This document shows, in pieces, positions 47,215-57,218 of a stretch of DNA of 64,000 bases. The first letter of the stretch is position 1. Each line of letters begins with the position of its first letter. Position numbers and translations under genes: made by a program. Origin of the DNA: Myxococcales bacterium (GTDB lineage: Bacteria; Myxococcota_A; UBA9042; JABWCM01; BTVJ01); contig BTVJ01000010.1 of NCBI GenBank assembly GCA_045863395.1, positions 98,871-162,870 on the forward strand. The letters are read 5' to 3'. The notes under the pieces are model-generated. The model had not been told where the DNA came from. It saw nothing but the letters and a program-made list of their open reading frames with translations, and searched no databases.

Positions 47215-48801
47215 CTACGGGCAGCCCGTGATCAGCGAGCCGCAGACCTGGCACGCGTCCGGGCAGCACGTGCCCTTGGCCTTGCAGTCCACCTCGCAGG
47301 AGCACACCCCCAGGAGGTCGGTCTGGCCGCAGAACAGCACGAAGAGGCAGGTGCCCACCGCGGCCTCGCACTTGCCGGCCGTGCAGGTGTCCATCGGGGA
47401 CGGGCAGGTCCCACAGGAGCCCCCGCACCCGTCGTCGCCGCACACCTTGCCCGCGCAGCTCGGGGTGCAGGTGATACACGCCCCGTTCTTGCACGCCTTG
47501 CCACCGGTGCAGGTGCCGCAGGAGCCGCCGCACCCGTCGTCGCCGCAGGTCTTGCCCGAGCAGCTCGGCTTGCAGCAGGCGCCGCTCGTGCAGGTGCTGC
47601 CCGCCGGGCACGTCCCGCAGGTGCCGCCGCACGGGTCCTTTCCGCAGGTGGCGCCCCCGCACAGCTTGCCCGCGCAGTGGGTGCACAGGTCGGCGCAGCA
47701 GTCCCCTTGGGCCGAGCACGCGGCGTCGCAGTAGCAGGTGCCCGTGGCGCTCTTGGCACCGCAGGAGTTGGCGCAGCTCCCCGCCGGCGCCGTCACGCAC
47801 TGCTGGCTCGCGTTGCAGCTCTTGCCGCCCGTGCAGGTGCCACACACGCCCCCGCACCCGTCGCCGCCGCACTGCTTCCCGGCGCAGCTCGGCGTGCACA
47901 CCGGCTTGCAGGCGCCGGCAGAGCAGGCGGTTCCGCCGGGGCAGGTGCCGCAGGAGCTCCCACAGGCGTCCGTGCCGCACTGCTTCCCCGTGCAGTCCGT
48001 CGCGCAGGAGCAGGTGTTGCCGTGGCAGGTCTCGCCGCCCGCGCAGGTGCCACAGGAGCCGCCGCAGCCGTCCGGGCCGCAGCCCTTGCCGGCGCAGTCG
48101 GGCTTGCAGACGCACGCCGAGCCCTTGCACTCCTCGCCCGACGGGCACGTGCCGCAGGAGCCCCCGCAGCCGTTGGGGCCGCACTCCTTGCCCGAGCACT
48201 GGGGCTGGCAGACACACTGGAAGCCCTGGCACAGCTCCGTCTCGCTGCACGTGCCGCACAGCGTCCCGCAGCCGTCGTCGCCGCACTGCTTGCCCTCGCA
48301 GTCGGGCTCGCAGTTGCAGGCTCCCTGCTTGCACGCCAGGCCCACGCCGCAGGTGCCGCAAGAGCCCCCGCAGCCGTCGGGCCCGCACTCCTTGCCCGAG
48401 CACTGGGGTGTGCAGCAGCTCCCTGCGGCGCAGGCCGACGGGCAGGTCAGGATCACCTTGGTCGTCTCGCCATCCGGGTTGCAGAGCACCACGTCGGGCC
48501 CGTCGCAGAGCGTCTCGCCGGGGGTGCAGCCCGACTTGACGTCCGGGGCGCTCGTGTCCGGGGCCGAGGCGTCCTTGCCGCTGGCTGTGTCCTTGGCGCT
48601 GGCGGCGTCCGTCCCGCCTCCACTGCCGCCCGCGTCCGTCCCGCCGCCTGCGCCGTCCTCTGCGGCGCCTCCCCCATCGCCACCCCCACCCCCGCCGAGG
48701 CCCGTGTAGCCGTCGTAGAACGGATAGTAGCGGGGTCGGTCGTCGCAGCCAGCCACGGCGGCCACGGCGGCAAGCATCAGGGTTGCGCTCTTGAGTCTCA
48801 T
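47215..48801 (-). CDS. Cys-rich repeat lipoprotein (CG.DGCGGSCGTC repeats) with two somatomedin-B-like motifs
   Basis: Lipobox AVAGC and about nine repeats. CYCDAACSAQGDCCAD and CSCEVDCKAKGTCCPD motifs. Confidence 0.85.
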   Translation of the reverse strand: MRLKSATLMLAAVAAVAGCDDRPRYYPFYDGYTGLGGGGGGDGGGAAEDGAGGGTDAGGSGGGTDAASAKDTASGKDASAPDTSAPDVKSGCTPGETLCDGPDVVLCNPDGETTKVILTCPSACAAGSCCTPQCSGKECGPDGCGGSCGTCGVGLACKQGACNCEPDCEGKQCGDDGCGTLCGTCSETELCQGFQCVCQPQCSGKECGPNGCGGSCGTCPSGEECKGSACVCKPDCAGKGCGPDGCGGSCGTCAGGETCHGNTCSCATDCTGKQCGTDACGSSCGTCPGGTACSAGACKPVCTPSCAGKQCGGDGCGGVCGTCTGGKSCNASQQCVTAPAGSCANSCGAKSATGTCYCDAACSAQGDCCADLCTHCAGKLCGGATCGKDPCGGTCGTCPAGSTCTSGACCKPSCSGKTCGDDGCGGSCGTCTGGKACKNGACITCTPSCAGKVCGDDGCGGSCGTCPSPMDTCTAGKCEAAVGTCLFVLFCGQTDLLGVCSCEVDCKAKGTCCPDACQVCGSLITGCP

Positions 48802-48871
48802 CAGGCACCTCACCGGGCGGGTCGAGCAGGGCATCCTGCCACCTCAGCGCGGGAGGTTCAATGGGAGGAGG

Positions 48872-51403
48872 CTACTTGGAGCAAACGGGAGCGCCGAGCT
48901 GTCCGGTGACCGTGTGCGGGCCGCAGGTGCCCGGCTCGCTCCCAGGCCCCGGCTCCATGCCGAAAGACCAGGTGGCCGTGAGCCAGGTGTCCGTGTCTGG
49001 GCCCGTGAAACCGGTGATCAGCGCCGTCCCATCGACGATCTGGTAGTAGCAGGAGTCGCCCGTGGTCGCGTAGCCCCCCGTGATTGGGTTCTCCCCGGAG
49101 ACAGGGTTCTCGATGGAGAACGAGACGTTGAGCGTGTCGCTGTAGAGGGCCGCGTTGAGCCGGTCATTCTCCCACGAGTAGGTGGCCGTGCCGCCGATGG
49201 AGTCAGTGGTGGTGGGCACGGGCTGGCCGTCCAGGTCAGCGCTGAGCACGCCATTCCACCAGGTGTCGTAGGTGTAGCCGACGAGGATGGACTGGTAGAG
49301 GCTGCACACCCAGCTCTGCAGCGCCACCGAGTCCTCGGTGAAGCTCGGGATCATGTCTTTCCCCCAGTCATAGTAGGTGACGGAGAACGTGCCCTTCAGG
49401 ACGACCGACGAGGCCCGCGCCGCGCAGCGGGGCGCCAGAGTGACCTCGAACGCGCCGGTCACCACGTCGCCGTTCTTGGACGGGGCACTGTCGAACCGCA
49501 CCCAACCGGCGCCGACGGGGGGCTCCGCCGTCATCGCCTCGAAGGTCTCGTTGCCCTGGCCCTTGTTGATGCCGTTGCGGGACCAGAGCTGGGCCCTGAG
49601 GGTCGGCTCCGTGGTCGAGTAGGGCTCGCCCGCCTCGATGGCGTAGGTCTTTGCGCCGGGCACGAACGGCAGGGTGAGGGTCAGCGTGGCGCTCGGGTCA
49701 CCGAAGAGATCCGTGGTCGTGCCGCCGGGCACCAGGCCGATGTCCAGGTCGACCCGCACCGGCGACTCCGCATCCTGGGTCTCGCGGCGCGTCAGGACCG
49801 CCCAGCCCGCGCCCAGGCGGGAGATGTTCGGGTCGGCTCCGTTGAGCACCGGCGGGTCCAGGGTGACACCACCGACCTCCGTGAGGCACGGGCCGTAGTC
49901 CAGGTCCGAGCCAGAGCCCGAGGAGGGCGGCTTCAGCGTGATGGTCGGGGCCTCGCCGCAGTCCGGGCAGGCGCCAGGCTCCACCGGCGTGAAGGTCGCG
50001 CCCCCGGTCGCGCCGCCCCCCGCCGAGGCGACGATGGTCGCCACGGACCCGAGGGCCGCCGGTGAGCAGTACGCGCCGGCCTCGTCGGTCAGGCGCGTGA
50101 TCGACGTCTTGCCCGTCGTGATCTCCACCTTCGCGAAGCTGATGGGGGCGCCGTCCTCCGTCAGCACCTTGCCCTTGACGCAGCCCTTGCACCCGGCGAA
50201 CCAGGTGTCGTCGCAGTCGAGCTCGCTCTCTGCCGGTGTGCAGGGCAGCGTGATGGTCACCTCGGCGCAGGGGCCCGTGGCGCAGGTGCTCTCCACATCG
50301 GGCGTTGCGACGTCGGCGACGGCCACGAGCCGGTCCGCGCCCCAGCCGTGTGCTGCAAAGACCCGCACCTGCGAGGCGCGCCTCGCCGGAGCGCAGAAGG
50401 TCCCGTCGGTGCCCGCCCACGCGCTCGACGTGCCGTCGTAGTCCTGCCCGATGACCTGGATGTCCGCCCCCGACGCCGGCGTCCCGTCGCACTTCTTGAC
50501 CACGCCGCTGACGCAGGTGGTCTCCATGGTCTTGTCGCAGTTCCACCAACTGAAGTGGCCCACGTCCGCGAAGAACGCCAGGCGCGCCGGGTCCTGGGTG
50601 GACGGCTTGATGGTGCCCGTGCCCTCCTCCACCCAGCGAGAGGCGTCCTGGTCGAAGTGCCATGCGGGCACGACGTCACCGTCCTTCAGCTCCGTGTCCG
50701 CGGGGAGCAGGATCTCGATGCCGACCTTCTCGCCCTCCTTGATGGCCAGTGGCTCGCCGCCCTCATCCGTCAGCAGGTACTCCGCCATGCCGAAGGTCTC
50801 GAGCTGGGCGGTGTCGCCCCCAGTCGTCGTCGCCGAGAAGTCGCCCGGCGCCGCGACGATCTCGGGGCCCGTGATGTCCACCGGCGTGACCCGGATGCGC
50901 GTGGCGGTCACCGCCTTGCCGTCCTTGTCCACCACCGCGCCGTCCGGCACGGTCACCGCGCCGCCGGGCACCGGAGTGACCGCGCCGGGGGTGACGGGGA
51001 CGCTCGGAGAGCGGCGAGACAGGATCGCGTTGACGGTCACCCGCCCGTCCTCCAGGAGCGCGCCCGGCTGGCTGACGTCCGCGTAGCCCGCGGCCTGGAA
51101 GCGCACGACGATGCGCTCGGCGGCGGTGACCTCCAGCGCGTACAGGCCGTCGTAGTTGGTCGTCGTGGACTTGCCGCCCGCCGTGACGCTCACGCCCTCG
51201 ATGGGCGCCCCGTCCGTGGAGACCACCTGCCCGATGATCGCGTTCTTCTCTGGGGGGGTGAAAGGCTCCAGGGTGTAGCCGCCCTGGATCGCGTCGCCTC
51301 CGCTCACCGTGTCCTTGCCGGCCACCGCGTCGCCCGACGCGCCGTCGCTGCCGCCGCAGGCCGCGAGCCACAGGGCCGCTGCAATCGCCCATCCTGCTCT
51401 CAT
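48872..51403 (-). CDS. Lipoprotein with carboxypeptidase-regulatory-like (Ig/transthyretin-like) domains
   Basis: Lipobox LAAC, G.V...DGAPI.GVSV repeats and PAWHFD...WVEEG...HFSWWNCD. The start could be 51403 or 51418. Confidence 0.75.
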   Translation of the reverse strand: MRAGWAIAAALWLAACGGSDGASGDAVAGKDTVSGGDAIQGGYTLEPFTPPEKNAIIGQVVSTDGAPIEGVSVTAGGKSTTTNYDGLYALEVTAAERIVVRFQAAGYADVSQPGALLEDGRVTVNAILSRRSPSVPVTPGAVTPVPGGAVTVPDGAVVDKDGKAVTATRIRVTPVDITGPEIVAAPGDFSATTTGGDTAQLETFGMAEYLLTDEGGEPLAIKEGEKVGIEILLPADTELKDGDVVPAWHFDQDASRWVEEGTGTIKPSTQDPARLAFFADVGHFSWWNCDKTMETTCVSGVVKKCDGTPASGADIQVIGQDYDGTSSAWAGTDGTFCAPARRASQVRVFAAHGWGADRLVAVADVATPDVESTCATGPCAEVTITLPCTPAESELDCDDTWFAGCKGCVKGKVLTEDGAPISFAKVEITTGKTSITRLTDEAGAYCSPAALGSVATIVASAGGGATGGATFTPVEPGACPDCGEAPTITLKPPSSGSGSDLDYGPCLTEVGGVTLDPPVLNGADPNISRLGAGWAVLTRRETQDAESPVRVDLDIGLVPGGTTTDLFGDPSATLTLTLPFVPGAKTYAIEAGEPYSTTEPTLRAQLWSRNGINKGQGNETFEAMTAEPPVGAGWVRFDSAPSKNGDVVTGAFEVTLAPRCAARASSVVLKGTFSVTYYDWGKDMIPSFTEDSVALQSWVCSLYQSILVGYTYDTWWNGVLSADLDGQPVPTTTDSIGGTATYSWENDRLNAALYSDTLNVSFSIENPVSGENPITGGYATTGDSCYYQIVDGTALITGFTGPDTDTWLTATWSFGMEPGPGSEPGTCGPHTVTGQLGAPVCSK

Positions 51404-51563
51404 TGCCGCCCTCACCATGTCCGTAGACCCCGTGCGTGCCCGCCGGGACATCCGGCGGGGGCGCGACGGATTGTCGCGCAGACGCACGGCGCGAATGTAG
51501 ACAACCCAGCCGGGATGGCAAGCCGCCGCGGGGGTCCTGTGATCCGTGGCCCTTCTCCAAGGC

Positions 51564-52121
51564 TCACGACCCGAGGGGGAAGCGCCCCAGATCGACGTAG
51601 TGGGACCCCTGGGGCCCCAGCTCGCTCTGGAGCAGGAGCAGCTCACCGACGTGCGCCTCGCCAAAGGGCCCCGCGAGGTGTGCAAGGGCCTCCGCTGCGC
51701 TGAACATGACCTGCCGCTTCGCCCGCCCGACGGTCAGGTGCGGCGTGAAGGGATGGTCTGCCCGGTAGCCCAGGGCCTCCGACGCCTGGCGGACCGCCTC
51801 GGCAAGCTGCACGAGCCCCCCCTCCGGGTCCTCGACGCCGATCCACAGGACGCGCGCCCTGGACACGGAGGGGAAGGCGCCGCCGCCGGCGAGCGCGATG
51901 CGGAACGGGGGCACGTCGCGCGCCGCCCGGGCGAGGGCCGCGGCGAGAGCCGGCAGGGCCGCCTCCTCCACGTCGCCGTAGAACTGGATTGTCAGGTGGG
52001 CGTTCTCCGGGCGTACCCAGCGGGTGTCGCGCATGCCACGCTGGAGGACCTTCACCGCCTCCCCGATGGCCCGCTCCACCGCCGGCCCGACGGACACCGC
52101 CGCGAAGCTCCGTATTGCCAT
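51564..52121 (-). CDS. thpR: RNA 2',3'-cyclic phosphodiesterase
   Basis: Two HxT motifs (AHLTIQF and PHLTVGR), plus RWVRPEN and ARVLWIG. Confidence 0.92.
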   Translation of the reverse strand: MAIRSFAAVSVGPAVERAIGEAVKVLQRGMRDTRWVRPENAHLTIQFYGDVEEAALPALAAALARAARDVPPFRIALAGGGAFPSVSRARVLWIGVEDPEGGLVQLAEAVRQASEALGYRADHPFTPHLTVGRAKRQVMFSAAEALAHLAGPFGEAHVGELLLLQSELGPQGSHYVDLGRFPLGS

Positions 52122-52139
52122 CCGGGCACCTCCGCGTCA

Positions 52140-52169
52140 TTGACGCTCTGCCCCCCGCTCCCCTAGCAT
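52140..52169 (+). promoter_or_regulatory. Putative sigma70-type promoter of the Omp85-like operon
   Basis: TTGACG-N18-TAGCAT. The -35 element overlaps the palindrome GCGTCA-T-TGACGC (52134-52146). Confidence 0.4.
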
Positions 52170-52198
52170 GCGCCCACCCGACGGAGTTGACCACGCCC

Positions 52199-53965
52199 TT
52201 GACGCCGCGCCATTGCAGCAAGTGGGTCCAGACTGGAGCAGCGCGCCACGCGTGGCTGGTGGCAGTGGCGCTCCTGGCGATCCCCCACCGCGCCATGGGG
52301 GCGACCTGGGAGTCCCTGTCCGACGTGGAGCTGGCCGCCGCGACCGCGGCGCTGGTGAGCCTGGACCGCGCCCCCGTGGAAGAGCCAGCCGGCCTCCCCA
52401 TCGGCGCCGTCCACGTGTCGACCCGCGAGGTCTTCGAGGAGGACTCGGACCTGCTCCAGTGGGCCAACGTGTTCCACTGGACCACGCAGGACCACGTCAT
52501 CGCGCGCGAGGTGCTGCTGCGGCCCGGCGACGTCTGGGACGACGACCTGGTGGCTGAGACCGAGCGCAACCTGCGGGACATGTCGCTGCGCTCCGTGGTC
52601 GCGGTGCTGCCGGTCACGTCGGACACTCCCGGCGCGGTCGACCTGCTCGTCGTGACGCGGGACATCTGGAGCCTGCGCGGCAACACGGAGTTCCAGACCA
52701 CCGGCCCGGTGCTCAACTTCCTGTCGACCAGCTTGAGCGAGAACAACTTCCTCGGCCTCAACAAGAAGGTGGCGGCGACCTTCAAGCTCGACCAGGACAC
52801 CTACGACCTCGGGGCCCTCTACAACGATCCGCGGGTCTACGGGAGCCCGCTGGCGCTCTATGTGGACGAGTCGTTCCTGGTAGGGCGCGCCGACGACGCC
52901 TTCGAGGGGGCGGTGGGGCTCCTGGATCTTCGGATGCCCCTGCGCAGCATCCGCCAGGAGTGGGGCTTCAACCTGGCCGTGTCGCACAACGTCCAGATCT
53001 ATCGCGACTTTCGGGGCGAGAGCGTCCGCACCTGGGACGACCCGGAGACGCCCGAGGACGACGCGATCCCGCGCACCTTCGACTACGCGCGGGTGGCCCT
53101 CGAGGCGACCGGCACGAGGAGCTTTGGCGAGCGCGTCAAGACGAACCTGACGTTCGGCTACGGGCTGCGCTGGACGGACGCGGGCGCCCGAGACGGCTTC
53201 GCGACCGAGGAGCAGAAGGCGCGCTTCGAGGCGCAGCTCCTGCCCCGCCGTGAGACGGCGTCCTACGGCATCTTCAAGCTCGACTTCTTCCTCAACGACT
53301 TCGTGACCCTCTACGACGTGGAGACCTTCGCCCTGGCGGAGGAGCTGCGGCTGGGGCCGGTGGTGGGGGCGTCCGTCCGGTGGGGGTCTCGGGCGCTGTT
53401 CTTCAGCGAGCGGGAGTTTGCGGAGCTGTACGCGAGCGCCGCCTGGAGGGTGCACCTGGGGGACGGCGCGCTGCTCTACGTGGAGGGGGCGTGCTCGAGC
53501 CGCCTGGAGGGGCAGTTCGTGGACAGCGTGGGCTCGGCGGACGTGCGGATCTTCACGCCGGTGCTCGGCGGCGCGCTGCGGATCCACGCGCGGGCCTTCC
53601 TCGGGACGCAGTGGGACCTGACCCGGGAGGACCCGTACACCCTCGGCGGGGACAATGGGCTTCGAGGGCGGGAGTCTCGATCCCTGGCAGGGACGCACGT
53701 GGTCCGCACCAACCTGGAGCTGCGCACGCTGTCCCTCGGGTGGTGGATCTTCAAGGGCGGGCTCGTCGCCTTCTGGGACGCGGGCACGACCTTCGAGTCC
53801 TTCGACGACGTGGTGCCCATCCACACGGTGGGGCTCGGGGCGCGCATCCTGATCGTGCCCGTCAACCGCAACGTCCTGCGCCTGGACTACGGGGTGCCGC
53901 TCAACGGCCCGGTGGTCGGCTTCGAGCACGGCGTGTTCACGGCCGGCTTCGACCAGGCGTTCTGA
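52199..53965 (+). CDS. Omp85/BamA-like outer-membrane beta-barrel with one POTRA-like domain
   Basis: VIAREVLLRPGD...ETERNLR, ENNFLG, LGGDNGLRG, AFWDAG and terminal FDQAF. The start is uncertain (TTG at 52187 or 52199). Confidence 0.8.
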   Translation: MTPRHCSKWVQTGAARHAWLVAVALLAIPHRAMGATWESLSDVELAAATAALVSLDRAPVEEPAGLPIGAVHVSTREVFEEDSDLLQWANVFHWTTQDHVIAREVLLRPGDVWDDDLVAETERNLRDMSLRSVVAVLPVTSDTPGAVDLLVVTRDIWSLRGNTEFQTTGPVLNFLSTSLSENNFLGLNKKVAATFKLDQDTYDLGALYNDPRVYGSPLALYVDESFLVGRADDAFEGAVGLLDLRMPLRSIRQEWGFNLAVSHNVQIYRDFRGESVRTWDDPETPEDDAIPRTFDYARVALEATGTRSFGERVKTNLTFGYGLRWTDAGARDGFATEEQKARFEAQLLPRRETASYGIFKLDFFLNDFVTLYDVETFALAEELRLGPVVGASVRWGSRALFFSEREFAELYASAAWRVHLGDGALLYVEGACSSRLEGQFVDSVGSADVRIFTPVLGGALRIHARAFLGTQWDLTREDPYTLGGDNGLRGRESRSLAGTHVVRTNLELRTLSLGWWIFKGGLVAFWDAGTTFESFDDVVPIHTVGLGARILIVPVNRNVLRLDYGVPLNGPVVGFEHGVFTAGFDQAF

Positions 53966-54048
53966 GGGCGAACGCCGGACGTGACAAGGCTCCGGTGGAT
54001 CCGTAAGATGTCGCGGTCCGTCCACCCGACCCCCTTTGGAGTGTCGAC

Positions 54049-56100
54049 ATGCACGCATCCTGGTCCCGCGCCTCGCTCATCGGGCTCGCGCTCGTCCTCG
54101 CCGCCTGCGGCGACGAGGGCCTGACCTCCGACCCCAACAACCCCTTCGACAACCCGGGCGCCGGCTACGACGGCTCCAGCTACGGCAGCGACGTGGCCCA
54201 AGAAGGCGACGTCCCGCTGGTCGGCGAGCAGGACGGCGGCAAGAAGCCCGACGGCGGTGGGCAGGTGGAGCCCCCCGAGGACATCAAGACCCCCGAGGGC
54301 TCCTGCGTGCTGGAGTTCGTGGAGGTCACCGGCGACGACGGCCAGCCGTGCAAGGGCACGTCGGCGTGCAACCTGACCCTGTTCTTCAGCGGCTCCCGCA
54401 GCGTCAAGGTGCGCTACCTCTGCGACGACGCGCCGGTCACGAGCGGCCTCGTGCTCTTCGATCTGATTGGAGAAGAGGCGCTCACCACGCTGGAGGCGCT
54501 CCCCAACGCCGGCTACACGGACGCGGACGGCACGGTCTCGACGACGGTCAACGTGGCCAACAACAACGCGGGCCTCTTCGAGCTGCGGGTGAGCCCGGGC
54601 GACGGGTCGGACGCCGAGCCCATCTCCTACTACCTGTCGGTGGAGTCCAAGATCGGGCCGCCCCTGACGGTCAAGTTCAACCCGCTCTATGACAAGACCC
54701 AGGTGAAGTTCGACAAGCTCGAGACCACCATCTACAAGCACACGGACTCCAACAAGTACGAGTGCGCGACCATCGACCCGGTGGAGGCGATCCCTGCCGG
54801 CGGGCTCGGGCTGCCCAAGGCGACCAAGGTGGAGGAGTCGGTGGTGGCCCCCACCCTGCCCAAGCTGGACGTGGAGCTTCACCAGAAGTGGACCGTCGTC
54901 GTGCTCGGCAAGACCAACGGCACTCCCGGGGCGCTGCGGGTCGTCGGCTGCAACGACACGGACGGCAAGGTGGAGTTCGCCAAGTCCACCATCGTGACGG
55001 TCGACCTGAACGCGGTGCCGCCGGACTACACGGGCGAGTACGAGGTGACGGCGTTCCTGGACCTCACGAGCGCGCTGCCGCCCAACATCAAGCTGATCTT
55101 CGACGTGATCTTCGGGCTGTTCCAGTCGCCGACCGGCGGACTGCTGATGCTGGTGTGCAGCCTCGACGGCGACTCCCTGGACACCATCTGCGAGATCGTC
55201 TTTGCGGACGCGGACAACCCCAAGCTCGGGGAGTGGGGCAGCTTCGGCGAGATCATCGTGAAGACGGCGGACGCGCTGCTCTTGGGGCTCATCGAGAAGA
55301 ACCCCATCGCCAAGGACATCTTCCACACCGGCAAGGACCTCGGTCAGATCCTCCAGCACCTGGAGTTCCACAGCCGCATCATCATGAAGCCGCTGCCCCC
55401 GAAGAAGAAGGCCGTGCCCAACACGCAGGGGTGGTTCACGACGGACCAGTGCTCCCAGACCTGGGACGAGATCACCTTCACCTGGACCCTGAACTCCGGC
55501 TGCAACCCGAATGACCCGGGGTGCGGGCAGCAGATCTTCAACTTCAACCAGTTCTCGAAGGGCGCGCTGACCGCGACCTTCGAGGCGCAGGTCACGCCGA
55601 CGTTCTACGACATGAACGTCTACGACCACGCGGTCAACCTGCAGTACGGCGCGCTGCTCAACGAGATCATCAAGCAGCTCCTGCTCCCGGCGGTGTTCGG
55701 GAACGGCTCGGACGGCTTCCCGAAGATCGACACCTACGAGGAGGTCATCCAGACCTTCCTCTGCGGCAAGGAGGGCATGATGCCCGGCAAGAACTGCTGC
55801 CAGATCTTCGCGGACAACATGGACATCGACGCCATCAAGGGCACGCTCAAGACGGCCTGCCAGTCGCTGATCCCGCTCGGGGTGAGCTACCTGGAGGGGC
55901 TGCTGACGGGCCTCGACGTGGACGTCGAGAACATGCACCTGTCCACCGCCGTGCCGTGCAAGCTCTACGACGTGGACGCCGACGGGCGCATCGACGCCTG
56001 GGGCACCGTGGACAAGCCGTGCTACTGGGCGCTCGACCTGGAGGTCTTCGGCTTCACGGCCAGCTTCGACGCCGAGTTCTTCGCCATCCGAAAGAACTGA
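54049..56100 (+). CDS. Large hypothetical lipoprotein with an Ig-like N-terminal region
   Basis: Lipobox VLAAC, strong codon bias, YTDADGTVSTTV Ig-like motif and paired cysteines. Confidence 0.75.
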   Translation: MHASWSRASLIGLALVLAACGDEGLTSDPNNPFDNPGAGYDGSSYGSDVAQEGDVPLVGEQDGGKKPDGGGQVEPPEDIKTPEGSCVLEFVEVTGDDGQPCKGTSACNLTLFFSGSRSVKVRYLCDDAPVTSGLVLFDLIGEEALTTLEALPNAGYTDADGTVSTTVNVANNNAGLFELRVSPGDGSDAEPISYYLSVESKIGPPLTVKFNPLYDKTQVKFDKLETTIYKHTDSNKYECATIDPVEAIPAGGLGLPKATKVEESVVAPTLPKLDVELHQKWTVVVLGKTNGTPGALRVVGCNDTDGKVEFAKSTIVTVDLNAVPPDYTGEYEVTAFLDLTSALPPNIKLIFDVIFGLFQSPTGGLLMLVCSLDGDSLDTICEIVFADADNPKLGEWGSFGEIIVKTADALLLGLIEKNPIAKDIFHTGKDLGQILQHLEFHSRIIMKPLPPKKKAVPNTQGWFTTDQCSQTWDEITFTWTLNSGCNPNDPGCGQQIFNFNQFSKGALTATFEAQVTPTFYDMNVYDHAVNLQYGALLNEIIKQLLLPAVFGNGSDGFPKIDTYEEVIQTFLCGKEGMMPGKNCCQIFADNMDIDAIKGTLKTACQSLIPLGVSYLEGLLTGLDVDVENMHLSTAVPCKLYDVDADGRIDAWGTVDKPCYWALDLEVFGFTASFDAEFFAIRKN

Positions 56101-56120
56101 CCAGCGACTCCCACCGCGCC

Positions 56121-57218
56121 ATGGCACCTGAGCACTGGATGGCGTGCCCCGAGCTCGTCGAGCCGGGGGACGTCCCCGCGTGGCTGGAGTCCAACCGGCA
56201 CGAGGCGCCGGTTCGGCTCGGAGTGCTCAGCAACCCGGCCGCGCGGCAGAACCGGGTGCTGCCCATCCACCAGCACCTGACCCGCGCCATGGCGGACCCG
56301 GGGGCGGTCATCGAGACCCGGCGCCCGGGGGACCTGCGGCGCGCGCTCATCCACTTGCTGTTCCGGCGGCGGGCCAACGTCATCGCCGCCAACGGGGGCG
56401 ACGGCACGCTGCACACCGTGGTCAACGCGCTGTGGGACCTGCTGGACGAGGTGGAGGCGCGCTTCGGGGTGGCGATGCCGTCGCCGCACGTGCTGTTCCT
56501 GAACGGCGGGACCATGAACATGGTCAGCCGGGCCATGAACACCCGAGAGAATGCCGTGCGCACGGTGCGGTGGTTCCTGCGGGAGTATGGGGGGCGCCCG
56601 CTGGGGGCGCTTCGTACACGGAGACAGCGCGTGCTCTGTGCCGAGAGGCCGGACCGCCCGGGGCGGTCGGTCGCACCCCGGCAGGTGGGCTTCATCTTCG
56701 GCAGCCAGCTCGTCTACAACGCGCTCTGGCTCTACGAGTACCTGGGCACCGGCTACGGGGCGCTCTTGCGCTTCCTGGGGCACGCCATGGTCGGCGTGCG
56801 GTGGCCGACCCCCCTGTGGCGGCGCTACGGGCACATGATCGACATGCCCAAGGGGGCGGCGATCATCGACGGCGTGGAGCACGCGCCCTACGCGGCGCTG
56901 GTCGCGAGCACCATCGACATGACGCTGCTGAAGGGGGTGGTCAGCGCGCTGCACGTCGCGGAGGGGAGCCCCGGGTTCCACGCGAAGCTCATCCTGGAGA
57001 CCGACCGGGAGCGGCTCATCGGGATGATCCCCGAGCTGATGCGCGAGCGGCGGCACCCGCGGGTGCTGGACGTGGAGGGGGCGCAGGAGGTGACGGTGCG
57101 GGGGGACTATACCTTGGACGGGGAGCTGTATGCTGCGCATGGGGAGGAGCCCGACGAGCCAGTGTTGGTGACTGCGGCGTCGCGCGTCCTGCCCGCAATC
57201 CACAACGAGGACGACTGA
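56121..57218 (+). CDS. Diacylglycerol kinase catalytic-domain family protein
   Basis: LSNPAA, NGGDGTL and LNGGTMNMV motifs, with C-terminal YTLDGE. Confidence 0.8.
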   Translation: MAPEHWMACPELVEPGDVPAWLESNRHEAPVRLGVLSNPAARQNRVLPIHQHLTRAMADPGAVIETRRPGDLRRALIHLLFRRRANVIAANGGDGTLHTVVNALWDLLDEVEARFGVAMPSPHVLFLNGGTMNMVSRAMNTRENAVRTVRWFLREYGGRPLGALRTRRQRVLCAERPDRPGRSVAPRQVGFIFGSQLVYNALWLYEYLGTGYGALLRFLGHAMVGVRWPTPLWRRYGHMIDMPKGAAIIDGVEHAPYAALVASTIDMTLLKGVVSALHVAEGSPGFHAKLILETDRERLIGMIPELMRERRHPRVLDVEGAQEVTVRGDYTLDGELYAAHGEEPDEPVLVTAASRVLPAIHNEDD